A stretch of DNA of 32,000 bases from Mycobacterium tuberculosis H37Rv (GCF_000195955.2 NC_000962.3:3150001-3182000), one strand, 5' to 3'. Shown: positions 1 through 10,054, numbered from the stretch's first letter. Notes: generated by a model from the letters alone, not told the origin. Translations and numbers: made by a program.

Positions 1-170
1 CCGGTCATCTAGCGGAGGCGCCGCCAGGGCGGCTCCCAGTGTCCCGCCGGCACGCAGCAGCCGGCGTAGCTACCAACGATACGCCAGGAATCACGAATGA
101 CGCCGTGATCACGCCGTTCAACGTCTCGCCTGCCTTCGTAGCGGCGTCTTTCTGATGGCAGGATGTTGCT

Positions 171-716
171 GTGCTTAGAGCAGCACCAGTCATCAACCGG
201 CTCACGAATCGACCCATCAGCAGGCGGGGTGTGCTGGCCGGTGGCGCCGCGCTGGCCGCACTGGGAGTGGTGTCCGCCTGCGGCGAGTCCGCGCCCAAGG
301 CACCCGCGGTCGAAGAGCTGCGCTCGCCGTTGGACCAGGCCCGACACGACGGTGCGCTCGCAGCTGCCGCCGCCACAGCCATCGGGATCCCGCCGCAGGT
401 TGCCGCCGCGCTGACCGTCGTCGCCACTCAGCGAACCTCGCATGCTCGAGCGCTGGCCACCGAGATCGCCCGGGCCGCGGGCAAGCTGGTATCCGCTACG
501 AGCGAAACCAGCAGCTCCAGTCCCAGCCCAACCGATCCGGCGGCACCGCCACCAGCGGTGTCCGACGTGATCGATTCGCTGCGCACGTCAGCGGGGGAAG
601 CCAGTCGACTAGTGGCGACGACATCGGGCTACCGAGCAGGGTTGCTCGCCTCCATTGCCGCGTCCTGCACCGCCTCCTATACGGTTGCGCTCGTGCCTTC
701 AGGCCCGTCGATATGA
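171..716 (+). CDS. Ala-rich exported lipoprotein with twin-arginine signal (Rv2843-like)
   Basis: 181-aa ORF starting at GTG 171. The N-terminus ISRRGVLAGGAALAALGVVSAC has an RR Tat-type motif, a hydrophobic core and the lipobox VSAC. Its stop overlaps the next start (ATGA at 713-716). Confidence 0.75.
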   Translation: MLRAAPVINRLTNRPISRRGVLAGGAALAALGVVSACGESAPKAPAVEELRSPLDQARHDGALAAAAATAIGIPPQVAAALTVVATQRTSHARALATEIARAAGKLVSATSETSSSSPSPTDPAAPPPAVSDVIDSLRTSAGEASRLVATTSGYRAGLLASIAASCTASYTVALVPSGPSI

Positions 717-1201
717 CCTCGTCCGAACCCGCCCACGGTGCCACACCGAAGAGGTCCCCCTCCGAGGGGAGCGCCGACAACGCGGCGCTGTGCGATGCGC
801 TTGCCGTCGAACACGCCACCATTTACGGCTACGGCATCGTCTCCGCGCTCTCGCCCCCTGGTGTCAACTTCTTGGTGGCGGACGCGTTGAAGCAGCACCG
901 CCACCGCCGAGACGACGTGATCGTGATGCTGTCCGCGCGCGGAGTCACCGCCCCGATCGCTGCCGCCGGTTACCAGCTGCCCATGCAGGTCAGCAGCGCG
1001 GCCGACGCGGCACGACTAGCAGTGCGGATGGAGAACGACGGGGCAACGGCCTGGCGGGCGGTTGTCGAGCATGCCGAGACGGCCGATGACCGGGTGTTCG
1101 CTTCGACGGCTCTGACCGAGAGCGCGGTGATGGCCACCCGCTGGAACAGGGTGCTGGGCGCCTGGCCCATCACCGCGGCCTTTCCGGGCGGGGACGAATA
1201 G
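713..1201 (+). CDS. Ala-rich ferritin-like (DUF4439-type) protein (Rv2844-like)
   Basis: 162-aa ORF, translationally coupled to the upstream ORF. The pattern ALAVEHATIYGYG...HRHRRD...AWRAVVEH fits the ferritin-like DUF4439 family as I recall it. Confidence 0.75.
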   Translation: MTSSEPAHGATPKRSPSEGSADNAALCDALAVEHATIYGYGIVSALSPPGVNFLVADALKQHRHRRDDVIVMLSARGVTAPIAAAGYQLPMQVSSAADAARLAVRMENDGATAWRAVVEHAETADDRVFASTALTESAVMATRWNRVLGAWPITAAFPGGDE

Positions 1202-2950
1202 CTACCCGGTGACGGCCGCTGCGATATCGGTGGCCAGCGAGGCGCCGGCAACCAGCTCGCGAGTCTGACCGCTGAACCGGTCGCGCAGCTCGACCACGCC
1301 GTCCGCCCAGCCGCGCCCCACGACAACGATCCAGGGCATACCCAACAGCTCGGCATCTTTGAACTTGACGCCGGGCGATGCCTGGCGGTCGTCCAGCAAC
1401 ACCTCAACCCCCAGCCGATCCAGATCGGCGGCCAGCGCGGTCGCCCCGGCGCGAGCCTGCGCGTCCTTGTTCGCGATCACCAGGTGAACATCGAACGGCG
1501 CGACCGTCGACGGCCAGCGAAGGCCCAGCTCGTCGTGGTGCTGCTCGGCAACGACGGCAACCAACCGAGACACACCGATGCCGTAGGAACCCATGGTCAA
1601 CCGCACAGGCTTGCCATCCTCGCCGAGCACGTCGGCGGTGAAGGCGTCGGTGTATTTGCTCCCCAGCTGGAAGATGTGCCCAATTTCGATACCGCGCGCC
1701 ATGACCAGCGGACCGGCGCCGTCGGGAGATGGATCGCCTTCGCGCACCTCGGCGGCCTCAATGGTGCCGTCTGCGGTGAAGTCGCGGCCGGCCACCAAAC
1801 CGACAACATGGCGGCCGGGTTGGTCCGCCCCGGTGATCCAGCTGGTGCCGTCGACTATCCGCGGGTCGACGAGATAGCGGACATTGTTCTCCCGCAACGC
1901 CTTTGGCCCGATATAACCCTTAACCAGGAACGGGTGCTTGGCGAAATCATCGTCGTCGAGCAACGCGTAGTCAGCCGGTTCCAGCGCTGCGCCCAACCTT
2001 TTGTCATCGACCTCACGGTCGCCGGGCACGCCGATTGCCAGCAGTTCGGTGTCCCCTCCCGGCTGTCGGACTTTGATTAAGACGTTCTTCAGGGTGTCCG
2101 CGGCGGTCACCGTGCGGCCGAGATCGGCCTCGTTGGCCCAGGCCACCAGGCTGGCGATGGTTGGGGTGTCGCCGGTGTCGTGGACCACCGCCTCGGGCAG
2201 CCCATCGATGGGCAGGGTGTCCGGGCGGGCGGTGACAACCGCCTCGACGTTGGCCGCATAACCCGACTCGAGGCACCGGACAAATGCGTCCTCCCCGGAC
2301 GGACTCTCAGCCAAGAACTCTTCGGACGCACTGCCGCCCATCGCCCCGGACACTGCCGAAACGATGACATAGCGCACCTGAAGTCGGTCAAATATGCGCT
2401 GGTAGGCCTCCCGGTGAGCGTGGTAGGCCGCCTTCAGCCCGGCGGCGTCGATGTCAAAGGAGTAGGAGTCCTTCATGACGAACTCCCGAGCGCGCAGGAT
2501 GCCGGCCCGCGGCCGCGCCTCGTCGCGGTACTTGGTCTGGATTTGGTACAGCGTGAGCGGGAAGTCCTTGTAGGAGCTGTACTCGCCCTTCACGGTCAGG
2601 GTGAACAGCTCTTCGTGGGTGGGGCCCAGCAGGTAGTCGTTGCCGCGGCGGTCCTTGAGCCGAAACACGCTGTCGCCGTATTGGGTCCACCGGTTGGTCG
2701 TCTCGTACGGTGCCCGCGGCAGCAGGGCAGGAAATAGGATCTCCTGTCCACCGATGGCGTTCATCTCGTCGCGGATGACCCGTTCTATGTTGCGCAGCAC
2801 TCGCAGGCCGAGCGGTAACCAGCTGTACAGCCCGGGCGCGACGGGCCGGATGTAGCCGGCCCGGATCAGCAGTTTGTGGCTGGCCACTTCGGCGTCGGCG
2901 GGATCGTCGCGCAGGGTGCGCAAGAACAACTCGGACATCCGGGTGATCAC
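1202..2950 (-). CDS. proS: Prolyl-tRNA synthetase (class II, with INS editing domain)
   Basis: Class II motifs are present: [27 protein letters not shown] and [10 protein letters not shown]. Start taken at GTG 2950 (VITRMSELF), with ATG 2938 as an alternative. The 660-aa ORF extension to 3184 overlaps efpA and is rejected. Confidence 0.95.
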
Positions 2951-2981
2951 AGGCGGCAAGCCTAATTCGCCGAGCAGACGC

Positions 2982-3017
2982 AAAAGCGCCCAGGTCTGCC
3001 CGAAAAGGGGAGCTTTT
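2982..3017 (-). terminator. Candidate intrinsic terminator after efpA
   Basis: Inverted repeat AAAAGC(g/t)CCC...GGG(g/c)GCTTTT lies 22 nt past the efpA stop. On the minus strand it reads A-tract / stem / U-tract. The stem is imperfect and the function is inferred. Confidence 0.3.
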
Positions 3018-3038
3018 ATGACTGCTCGGCGGGAAGGG

Positions 3039-4631
3039 TTACAGCTCGCCGGCGTCGATCGCTTCCTTGACCTCCTGCGCATGGGCAACCTGCTGCGGCG
3101 TATACCCGATAAACAGCGCCATACCGCCGACGATGATGGCCGCTCCGGCCACCCACAGCAGGCCGTAGGTGTAGGCGTGGTCAAGCGCGGCCAACTGCAC
3201 GTCGTTCATGAACTTCACCGGACCGGTGGTACCGCCCAGGTACAGCGTGCGCGACGTGATCACAGCCTGGATGACGGCGAGCACCAGCGGACCGCCCAGG
3301 CTCTGCAGCATCAGCGCAATTGCCGATACCGGACCGATCTGGTCGAAGCCGACGCCAGCGATCGCCGACAGAGTCAGCGGGACGACGGCCATGCCGATGC
3401 CAATCCCGCCGACGACGATCGGCATGACCAGGTTGGGGAAGTAGGGCACACCACGGTGCATGAAAAATGAGCCGTACAGCATGGCGCCGAATAGCAGATA
3501 TCCGCCGCCGATGGTCAACACCCGTGGCGAAAACCGGGACACCAGCTGCGAGGACACACCTAGGCCGATTCCCATCGCGATGACGAACGGGATGAAACCT
3601 ACGCCCGCGCGTAGCGCGCTGTAGCCCAAGATGTCCTGCACGTACAGGCCGATGCAGACGGTCAGGCTGAACATGACGCCGCCGGCCAACAGGATCGCGC
3701 TGAACGTGACCAACCGGTTGCGGTCGCGGAACAAGTGGAACGGCACGACGGGGTTCTCGGCAGTGCGCTCCACGATGACAAACGCGACAGCGGCCGCCAA
3801 GGCCACCAGGCCCGAACCGATGGTAATGCCTGACATCCAGCCCTTTTCAGGACCGATCGAGAAGGCGAAAACCGCCGCGGTGCATGCCAGCGTGGCCAGT
3901 ATGGCCCCGGTGGCGTCGAGCTTCATCCGTTCTTTGTTGGTTTCCCGTAGGGCGGTGCGGGCCAGGTAGATCATCACCAGCCCGATCGGCACGTTCACCA
4001 GGAACGCCCACCGCCATGACACCTCGGTCAGTGCTCCGCCGACCACCAGCCCCATCACCGACCCGATCGCGGTCATCGCGGCGAACACCGCCGTCGCGGC
4101 GTTGCGGGCAGGTCCCTTGGGGAACGTGGTCGCCACCAGCGCCAGACCGGTCGGAGATGCGATGGCCGACCCCACACCCTGGGACAACCGGGCGATCACC
4201 AACGTCGCCTCGTCCCAGGCGACCGCGCACAGCACCGACGAGATGGTGAATAGCGCAACGCCAACAATGAAGGTGCGTTTGCGCCCGATGGTGTCGCCAA
4301 GCCGGCCGCCGAGCAGCATCAGCCCGCCGAAGGTCAGCACGTAGGCGGTGATCACCCAGCTGCGGCCGGCATCAGACAAGCTCAGCTCGTTTTGAATCTT
4401 AGGTAGCGCGACGATGGCGACGGTGCTGTCCATGGTCGCCAGCAGCTGCATCCCGCCGATAGCAATAACCGCAGCGATAAAGCTGCGCGAGGGCAGCCAA
4501 GTCGGGTAGTACCTGCTGGGGCGCTCTGAAGCGGTCTCCTCCGAGCGCGGCGGGCGCATCGGGGCCGGACGGTGTGGGCGTCCGGCTGTCCAGTTACGGA
4601 CCGCCCGCTCTGTGTCGTTGAGAGCCGTCAT
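3039..4631 (-). CDS. efpA: MFS (DHA2/QacA-like, 14-TMS) efflux pump EfpA
   Basis: 530-aa ORF with many hydrophobic segments and the MFS motif [12 protein letters not shown]. The sequence is recognised as EfpA. Confidence 0.95.
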   Translation of the reverse strand: MTALNDTERAVRNWTAGRPHRPAPMRPPRSEETASERPSRYYPTWLPSRSFIAAVIAIGGMQLLATMDSTVAIVALPKIQNELSLSDAGRSWVITAYVLTFGGLMLLGGRLGDTIGRKRTFIVGVALFTISSVLCAVAWDEATLVIARLSQGVGSAIASPTGLALVATTFPKGPARNAATAVFAAMTAIGSVMGLVVGGALTEVSWRWAFLVNVPIGLVMIYLARTALRETNKERMKLDATGAILATLACTAAVFAFSIGPEKGWMSGITIGSGLVALAAAVAFVIVERTAENPVVPFHLFRDRNRLVTFSAILLAGGVMFSLTVCIGLYVQDILGYSALRAGVGFIPFVIAMGIGLGVSSQLVSRFSPRVLTIGGGYLLFGAMLYGSFFMHRGVPYFPNLVMPIVVGGIGIGMAVVPLTLSAIAGVGFDQIGPVSAIALMLQSLGGPLVLAVIQAVITSRTLYLGGTTGPVKFMNDVQLAALDHAYTYGLLWVAGAAIIVGGMALFIGYTPQQVAHAQEVKEAIDAGEL

Positions 4632-4653
4632 AGCGGGTTACCTTACAGTATTC

Positions 4654-5871
4654 TTAAGAATTGTTTAAACCCCGAACGCCGCTCAGGCCGACTACAGCCC
4701 CGATCACGATGATCGCGGGAGGTCGGATCCCCGCCGCGCGGACCTTCTCCGGCGTGTCGGCAAGGGTGGCCCGCAACGTCTGTTGAGCGGCGGTCGTTCC
4801 GTGTTGAACCACCAGTACCGGCGTATCCGCAGTTCGGCCACCCTTTAGCAGAACGTCAACGAAAAGCTCGATGCGTTCGACCGCCATCAGCAAAACGATG
4901 GTGCCCGTCAATGCAGCCAATGCATCCCAATTCACTAACGATTCGGGATGACCGGGCGCAAGATGGCCACTGACCACCACGAATTCGTGGGTCATGGCCC
5001 GGTGAGTGACTGGAACGCCCGCCATAGCGGGCACGGCTATGGCACTCGTCACACCTGGCACCACGGTGACCGGGATTCCGGCGTGGGCACATGCCAGCAC
5101 TTCTTCATAGCCCCGGGCGAACACGAAGGGGTCGCCCCCTTTGAGACGGACCACAAAGTTGCCGGATCTGGCCCGTTCGATCAGGACAGCGTTGATCGCG
5201 TCCTGGGCCATGGCCCGGCCGTAAGGGATCTTGGCCGCGTCGATGACTTCTACGTGCGGCGGCAGCTCGGCCAGCAGTTCGGGCGGGGCGAGCCGGTCGG
5301 CGACCACGACATCGGCCTGGGCAAGCAGCCGGCGACCGCGAACCGTGATCAGTTCGGGATCGCCGGGACCGCCGCCGACCAACGCCACTCCGCCGCTGAG
5401 GACGTCGGAACTCTGCGCAGTGATGACGCCCTGCTGCAACGCCTCCCGGATTGCCGAGCGGATCGCCGCCGAACGGCGGTGCTCACCACCGGCGAGCACC
5501 CCCACCGACAGGCCCGCATAGCTGAATGACGCCGGGGTCACCGCCGTCCCCTCCACCGCGATATCGGCCCGGACGCAAAAGATCCGTCGGCGCTCCGCCT
5601 CGGCGACGACAGCCACGTTCACCCGCGCGTCATCGGTGGCCGCGATCGCATACCAGGCGCCGTCAAGGTCGCCGTCGCGGTAGTCACGCACCGACAAGGT
5701 GATCTGGTCCATCGCCTCGACGGCGGGGGTGACGCTGGGGGCGATCACGTGCACGTCCGCGCCACTGGCGATCAGCAGGGGTAACCGGCGCTGGGCGACC
5801 GTGCCCCCGCCAACCACGACGACCTTCTTGCCAGCCAGCCGTAACCCGACCAGATAGGGGTTCTCGGTCAC
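4654..5871 (-). CDS. cysG: Siroheme synthase: precorrin-2 dehydrogenase/ferrochelatase fused to uroporphyrinogen-III C-methyltransferase
   Basis: 405 aa. The N-terminal NAD fold is VVVVGGGTVAQRR and the C-terminal SUMT signature is LVGGGPGDPELITVRG. GTG start at 5871. Confidence 0.93.
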   Translation of the reverse strand: MTENPYLVGLRLAGKKVVVVGGGTVAQRRLPLLIASGADVHVIAPSVTPAVEAMDQITLSVRDYRDGDLDGAWYAIAATDDARVNVAVVAEAERRRIFCVRADIAVEGTAVTPASFSYAGLSVGVLAGGEHRRSAAIRSAIREALQQGVITAQSSDVLSGGVALVGGGPGDPELITVRGRRLLAQADVVVADRLAPPELLAELPPHVEVIDAAKIPYGRAMAQDAINAVLIERARSGNFVVRLKGGDPFVFARGYEEVLACAHAGIPVTVVPGVTSAIAVPAMAGVPVTHRAMTHEFVVVSGHLAPGHPESLVNWDALAALTGTIVLLMAVERIELFVDVLLKGGRTADTPVLVVQHGTTAAQQTLRATLADTPEKVRAAGIRPPAIIVIGAVVGLSGVRGLNNS

Positions 5872-5882
5872 CCGCCAAGCCT

Positions 5883-6089
5883 AGTGGCGATCGCAAGCGC
5901 GGGGACCGGGCGCCGCGGGTCGCCACCATCAGGGCCAGTGGCGATCGCAAGCGCGGGGACCGGGCGCCGCGGGTCGCCACCATCAGGGCCAGTGGCGATC
6001 GCAAGCGCGGGGACCGGGCGCCGCGGGTCGCCACCATCAGGGCCAGTGGCGATCGCAAGCGCGGGGACCGGGCGCCGCGGGTCGCCACC
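5883..6089. repeat. MIRU-type 54-bp tandem repeat, 3.8 copies, intercistronic between cobB and cysG
   Basis: Unit agtggcgatcgcaagcgcggggaccgggcgccgcgggtcgccaccatcagggcc starts at 5883, 5937, 5991 and 6045. The first three copies are identical and the last is truncated after about 45 nt. The position fits VNTR 3155 (QUB-15) by recollection. Confidence 0.95.
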
Positions 6090-6104
6090 CCTTTGGCCGC
6101 GAAT

Positions 6105-6151
6105 GTAACGCCACTGCGAATTTCCGGCCCGGCTTTTCGCAGTGCCGTTAC
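6105..6151 (-). other. 16-bp-stem hairpin overlapping the cobB stop codon
   Basis: gtaacgccactgcgaa (6105-6120) pairs with ttcgcagtgccgttac (6136-6151) at 15 of 16 positions, with a 15-nt loop. The right arm contains the cobB stop (6148-6150). Confidence 0.4.
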
Positions 6152-7521
6152 GCTCGTGGAGTATTGCAGGCCGCATGTGCGACGAAACGCGCCACCGCAC
6201 CGGGTGTTGCGGCCGGATGGGTATGCAGGTAGGACGCGTGCACGCCGCTGTGCACCGCGCCGTCTCGCACGTCGTCCACGTCTTGGCCCTGGTACACCCA
6301 CGCGGGCTGATAGCTATCGGCGAATGTGACTGCGGTTCGGTGGAATTCATGTCCAACCACGCGCTCGCCGACGGAGTACAGCGCCGAATCAACAACCGCG
6401 ACGGCGTCGCGATAACCCAGCTTGAGATGCTGGGTGAACCGCGCCGATCCGGCCACCACACCGCACATCGGGTGTCCGTCGAGTTCAGAAACCAGATAGA
6501 GCAGGCCGGCACATTCGGCATGCACCGGGGCGCCGGCAGCGGCCAGTTCGTTGATCTGCCGCCGGACGGTGTCGTTGGCGGACAACTCGGCGGTGAACTG
6601 CTCGGGGAATCCGCCGGGCAACACCACCGCGTCCGTACCCTCGGGCAGAGTTTCGCTGAGCGGGTCGAACTCGACCACTTCAGCCCCGGCGGCGCGCAAC
6701 ATCTCGGCGTGTTCGGCGTAGCCGAAGGTAAACGCCCTTCCGGCCGCGATGGCAACCGTGGCTGGCTGGCGGGCGGTGTTGCCGACGGCAATCACCGGGT
6801 CCCATGGCGGGTGGGCCGCCTGGCTCCCGGCGCAGGCGATCACCGCGGCCAGATCGACGTGGCGAGCGACCACAGCAGTCATCGCCTGCACGGCGAGCCG
6901 TGCGCGACGGCCGTACTCGACGGCGGTAACCAGACCCAGATACCTTGTCGGCAGCTCTAGTTCAGCTGTGCGTGGAATGGCGCCCAAGACCGCGACACCG
7001 GCCTGGTCACACGCCTGTCGCAGCACCTGTTCATGTCGGGCCGATCCGACCCGGTTGAGGATGACACCGGCGATCCGAGTTGCGGTGTCGAACGTGGAAA
7101 AGCCGTGCAGCAGTGCGGCAACGCTGTGACTCTGGCCGCGGGCATCGACCACCAGGATCACCGGGGCGCCAAGCAGAGCAGCGACGTGCGCGGTGGACCC
7201 CGCTGCGGGCGCGCCCCCGGCAGGCCCAATGCGCCCGTCGAACAGCCCCAGCACCCCTTCGATCACGGCGATGTCCGCGCCCGCAACTCCATGCGCGTAC
7301 AGGGGGCCGATAAGCCGCTCCCCCACCAGTACCGGGTCGAGATTGCGGCCGGGCCGTCCCGCGGCCAGGGCGTGATAGCCGGGGTCGATAAAATCCGGGC
7401 CTACCTTAAACGGCGCGACGGTGTGACCGGCCTGCCGCAGCGCTCCGATCAAGCCCGTCGCGATCGTGGTCTTACCGCTGCCCGACGCAGGCGCGGCGAC
7501 GGCCACCGCGGATACCCGCAT
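6148..7521 (-). CDS. cobB: Cobyrinate a,c-diamide synthase
   Basis: 457 aa from ATG 7521 (MRVSAVAVAAPASGSGKTT P-loop), with a C-terminal glutamine amidotransferase domain containing HAECAGLLYL. The ORF-track extension to 7878 overlaps cobO and is rejected. The start overlaps the cobO stop (TGATG). Confidence 0.93.
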   Translation of the reverse strand: MRVSAVAVAAPASGSGKTTIATGLIGALRQAGHTVAPFKVGPDFIDPGYHALAAGRPGRNLDPVLVGERLIGPLYAHGVAGADIAVIEGVLGLFDGRIGPAGGAPAAGSTAHVAALLGAPVILVVDARGQSHSVAALLHGFSTFDTATRIAGVILNRVGSARHEQVLRQACDQAGVAVLGAIPRTAELELPTRYLGLVTAVEYGRRARLAVQAMTAVVARHVDLAAVIACAGSQAAHPPWDPVIAVGNTARQPATVAIAAGRAFTFGYAEHAEMLRAAGAEVVEFDPLSETLPEGTDAVVLPGGFPEQFTAELSANDTVRRQINELAAAGAPVHAECAGLLYLVSELDGHPMCGVVAGSARFTQHLKLGYRDAVAVVDSALYSVGERVVGHEFHRTAVTFADSYQPAWVYQGQDVDDVRDGAVHSGVHASYLHTHPAATPGAVARFVAHAACNTPRA

Positions 7522-8144
7522 CACCACTCGATGCCCTTCTGCCCCTTGCGGCCCGCATCCATCGGGTGCTTCACCTTGGTCATCTCGGTCACCAGATCGG
7601 CGGCCGCAACCAACCGCTGGGGTGCGTCTCGCCCGGTGATCACCACATGCTGATGGCCAGGCCGGGCTCGCAGGACATCGACGACTTCGTCGACGTCGAG
7701 CCAACCCCACTTCAGTGGGTAGGTGAACTCGTCCAGCAGATAGAAGTCGTGACGTTGCGTGGCCAGCCGGAGCGCGATCTCGGCCCAACCGTCCGCCGCC
7801 GCGGCCGCACGATCGACGTCGGTGCCGGCCTTGCGAGACGTACGTGTCCAGGACCAGCCCGCACCCATCTTGTGCCACTCCACCGCTCCGCCGATCCCGT
7901 GCTGGTCGTGCAGCCGGCCCAGTTGACGAAACGCCGCCTCCTCACCCACTTTCCACTTAGCGCTCTTGACAAACTGAAACACCGCGATGTCCAGACCAGC
8001 GTTCCACGCCCGCAACGCCATTCCGAACGCCGCGGTCGATTTTCCTTTGCCTTCACCGGTGTGTACCGCCAGTATCGGCATGTTGCGCCGGGCCCGGGTG
8101 GTCAGGCCATCGTTGGGCACTGCGAGCGGATTGCCCTGCGGCAT
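7521..8144 (-). CDS. cobO: Cob(I)yrinic acid a,c-diamide adenosyltransferase
   Basis: 207 aa with the P-loop HTGEGKGKSTAAFG and CobA/CobO-family architecture. Confidence 0.93.
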   Translation of the reverse strand: MPQGNPLAVPNDGLTTRARRNMPILAVHTGEGKGKSTAAFGMALRAWNAGLDIAVFQFVKSAKWKVGEEAAFRQLGRLHDQHGIGGAVEWHKMGAGWSWTRTSRKAGTDVDRAAAAADGWAEIALRLATQRHDFYLLDEFTYPLKWGWLDVDEVVDVLRARPGHQHVVITGRDAPQRLVAAADLVTEMTKVKHPMDAGRKGQKGIEW

Positions 8145-8164
8145 GTGTGGTTACCTATCCATCG

Positions 8165-10054
8165 TCAAGCCACGCCACGCACGGCATGCACTAGATAATC
8201 CGCGTGCAACTGCTCCAACCGAACCACCGGCGCACCCAGCTGACGAGCCAGTTGCGCTGCCAAACCCAGCCGTACATACGACGTTTCGCAGTCCACCACC
8301 ACCGCGGCCGCGCCCTCGGCGACCAGCCCGGCAGCCGCGGTTCGGCTGCGGCCCAACGGGTCCGGCCCGGCGGTGGCCCGGCCGTCGGTCAGCACGACCA
8401 CCAGGGGGCGTCGGGCGCGGTCGCGTACCTTCTCCCGGATGATCAGCGCACGCGCGGCCAGCAGTCCCTCAGCCAGCGGGGTCTTGCCGCCGGTGCTGAA
8501 TCGGGCCAGTCGCCGGCCGGCGATGTGCGCCGACGACGTCGGCGACAGCAACAGCGTTGCCTCGTGCTGGCGGAAGGTGATCACCGCCACCTTGTCCCTG
8601 CGCTGGTAGGCGTCGCGCAGCAGCGACAGGGTGGCGCCACTGACCGCAGCCATCCGGTCCCGAGCAGCCATCGATCCGGAAGCGTCGACGACGAAGATCA
8701 CCAGATTGCCTTCGCGACCCTCGCGGATGGCCCGGCGCACATCGTCCGGCCACGGGCGCAACGGCCCGGCTCCGAACGCACGCTCGCCGGCGGCCAGCAG
8801 GGTAGCGAACAGGTGCAGTCCATGTGCGTCGGGGTCGCTGACCTCGGCGGCCGCCACCACACTGCCCGAGGCGTTGCGGGCCCGAGACCGTCGCCCCGGC
8901 GCGCCCGTGCCGACCCCCGGGACCCGCAGCGCGCGGGTCCGGAATATCTTTGACGGCGGCGCGCTCGGGCGCGGCGACGATCGCAAGCGCGGCGAAGCCG
9001 GGCGCGGCGGGTCGTCGCCCATCGAGCTCGGCGCACCAGGTTCTGTCGACTTCGAGCGTGAGTTCGGTTGTGAGGCAGGTTCATTGGCTGACTGGCCGCC
9101 CCCGGGCGGATCGGGCTCGGGCTCTGGGTCGACGCTCGCCAGCGCCAGCGCCTCATCCAGCTGGTCGCGGTCGATGCCGTGATCGTCGAACGGGTCGCGA
9201 CGACGACGATGCGGCAACGCCAGTTCTGCTGCCGCCCGGATATCCTGCTCCTCAACGGTGCGGACACCACGCCAGGCGGCGTGCGCGGCGGCGGTCCGGG
9301 CCACTACCAGATCGGCCCGCATGCCGTCCACGTCGAACGCCGCGCACAACGCAGCGATGCGCCGCAACTCGTTGTCGCCCAACACCACATCGTCTACCGT
9401 GGCCCGGGCCGCGGCAATCCGGTGGGCCAGCTCCGCGTCGGCGTCGGCATAGCGTGCGACGAACGCATCCGGGTCGGCTTCGTAGGCCATCCGCCGGCGG
9501 ATGACCTGTACCCGCACGTCGATGTCACGTGACGCCTGCACGTCGACGGTCAGCCCGAACCGGTCCAGCAGCTGCGGACGCAGTTCGCCCTCCTCCGGAT
9601 TCATCGTGCCGATCAGCACGAAACGGGCCTCGTGGGAATGGGAGATGCCGTCGCGTTCGACGTGTACGCGTCCCATGGCGGCGGCGTCGAGCAGGATGTC
9701 AACCAGGTGATCATGCAGCAGATTGACCTCGTCGACGTAGAGCACGCCGCCGTGGGCGCGAGCCAGCAGTCCCGGAGAGAACGCGTGCTCGCCGTCGCGC
9801 ATCACCCGCTGCAGATCCAGCGAGCCAACCACCCGGTCTTCGGTGGCCCCCAGCGGCAGCTCCACGAGGCCGGTCTCGGTGCTCCCGGTCGCGACCGACA
9901 ACAACGCGGCCAGCCCGCGCACCGCCGTCGATTTCGCCGTGCCCTTCTCGCCACGGATGAGCGCCCCACCGATCTCCGGTCGCACGGCACACAACAACAA
10001 CGCGAGCCGCAGCCGATCGTGCCCGACGATCGCGCTGAACGGATAAGGCTTCAC
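8165..10054 (-). CDS. Fused ChlI/ChlD-type (AAA+ plus vWA) chelatase subunit, probably the cobaltochelatase partner (Rv2850c-like)
   Basis: 629 aa. The N-terminal AAA+ domain has GEKGTAKST and [11 protein letters not shown] Pro/Ser-rich linker follows, then a C-terminal vWA domain with the MIDAS motif [11 protein letters not shown] start at 10054. Confidence 0.9.
8973..9026. repeat. Single MIRU-like unit embedded in-frame in the chelatase linker
   Basis: ggcgacgatcgcaagcgcggcgaagccgggcgcggcgggtcgtcgcccatcg matches the 21468-21626 repeat unit apart from a 3-nt insertion and a few substitutions. It encodes [14 protein letters not shown], compared with [15 protein letters not shown] in Rv2859c. 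Confidence 0.7.

Noticed and set aside
5-443. Two overlapping about 140-aa minus-strand ORFs at the window start, plus the 163-414 plus-strand ORF
   Set aside because: They overlap the better-supported Tat-lipoprotein ORF (171-716) or lie in what is probably a divergent promoter region. Their R/G/A/P-rich composition shows no family resemblance.
1202-3184. Long 5' extensions of ORFs in the track (proS to 3184, cobB to 7878, glnA4 to 23138, GNAT to 10590, PBP to 27310, PE_PGRS48 from 12124, Rv2862c to 24676)
   Set aside because: The extensions overlap upstream genes or palindromes and lack homology to the respective families. Internal starts give proteins that begin where family conservation begins.
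5883-6089. Possibility that the regular 54-bp arrays (here and at 21465-21626) are CRISPR arrays
   Set aside because: The units are directly adjacent with no unique spacers, no cas genes are nearby, and the sequence is the MIRU family. I call them tandem repeats, not CRISPR.
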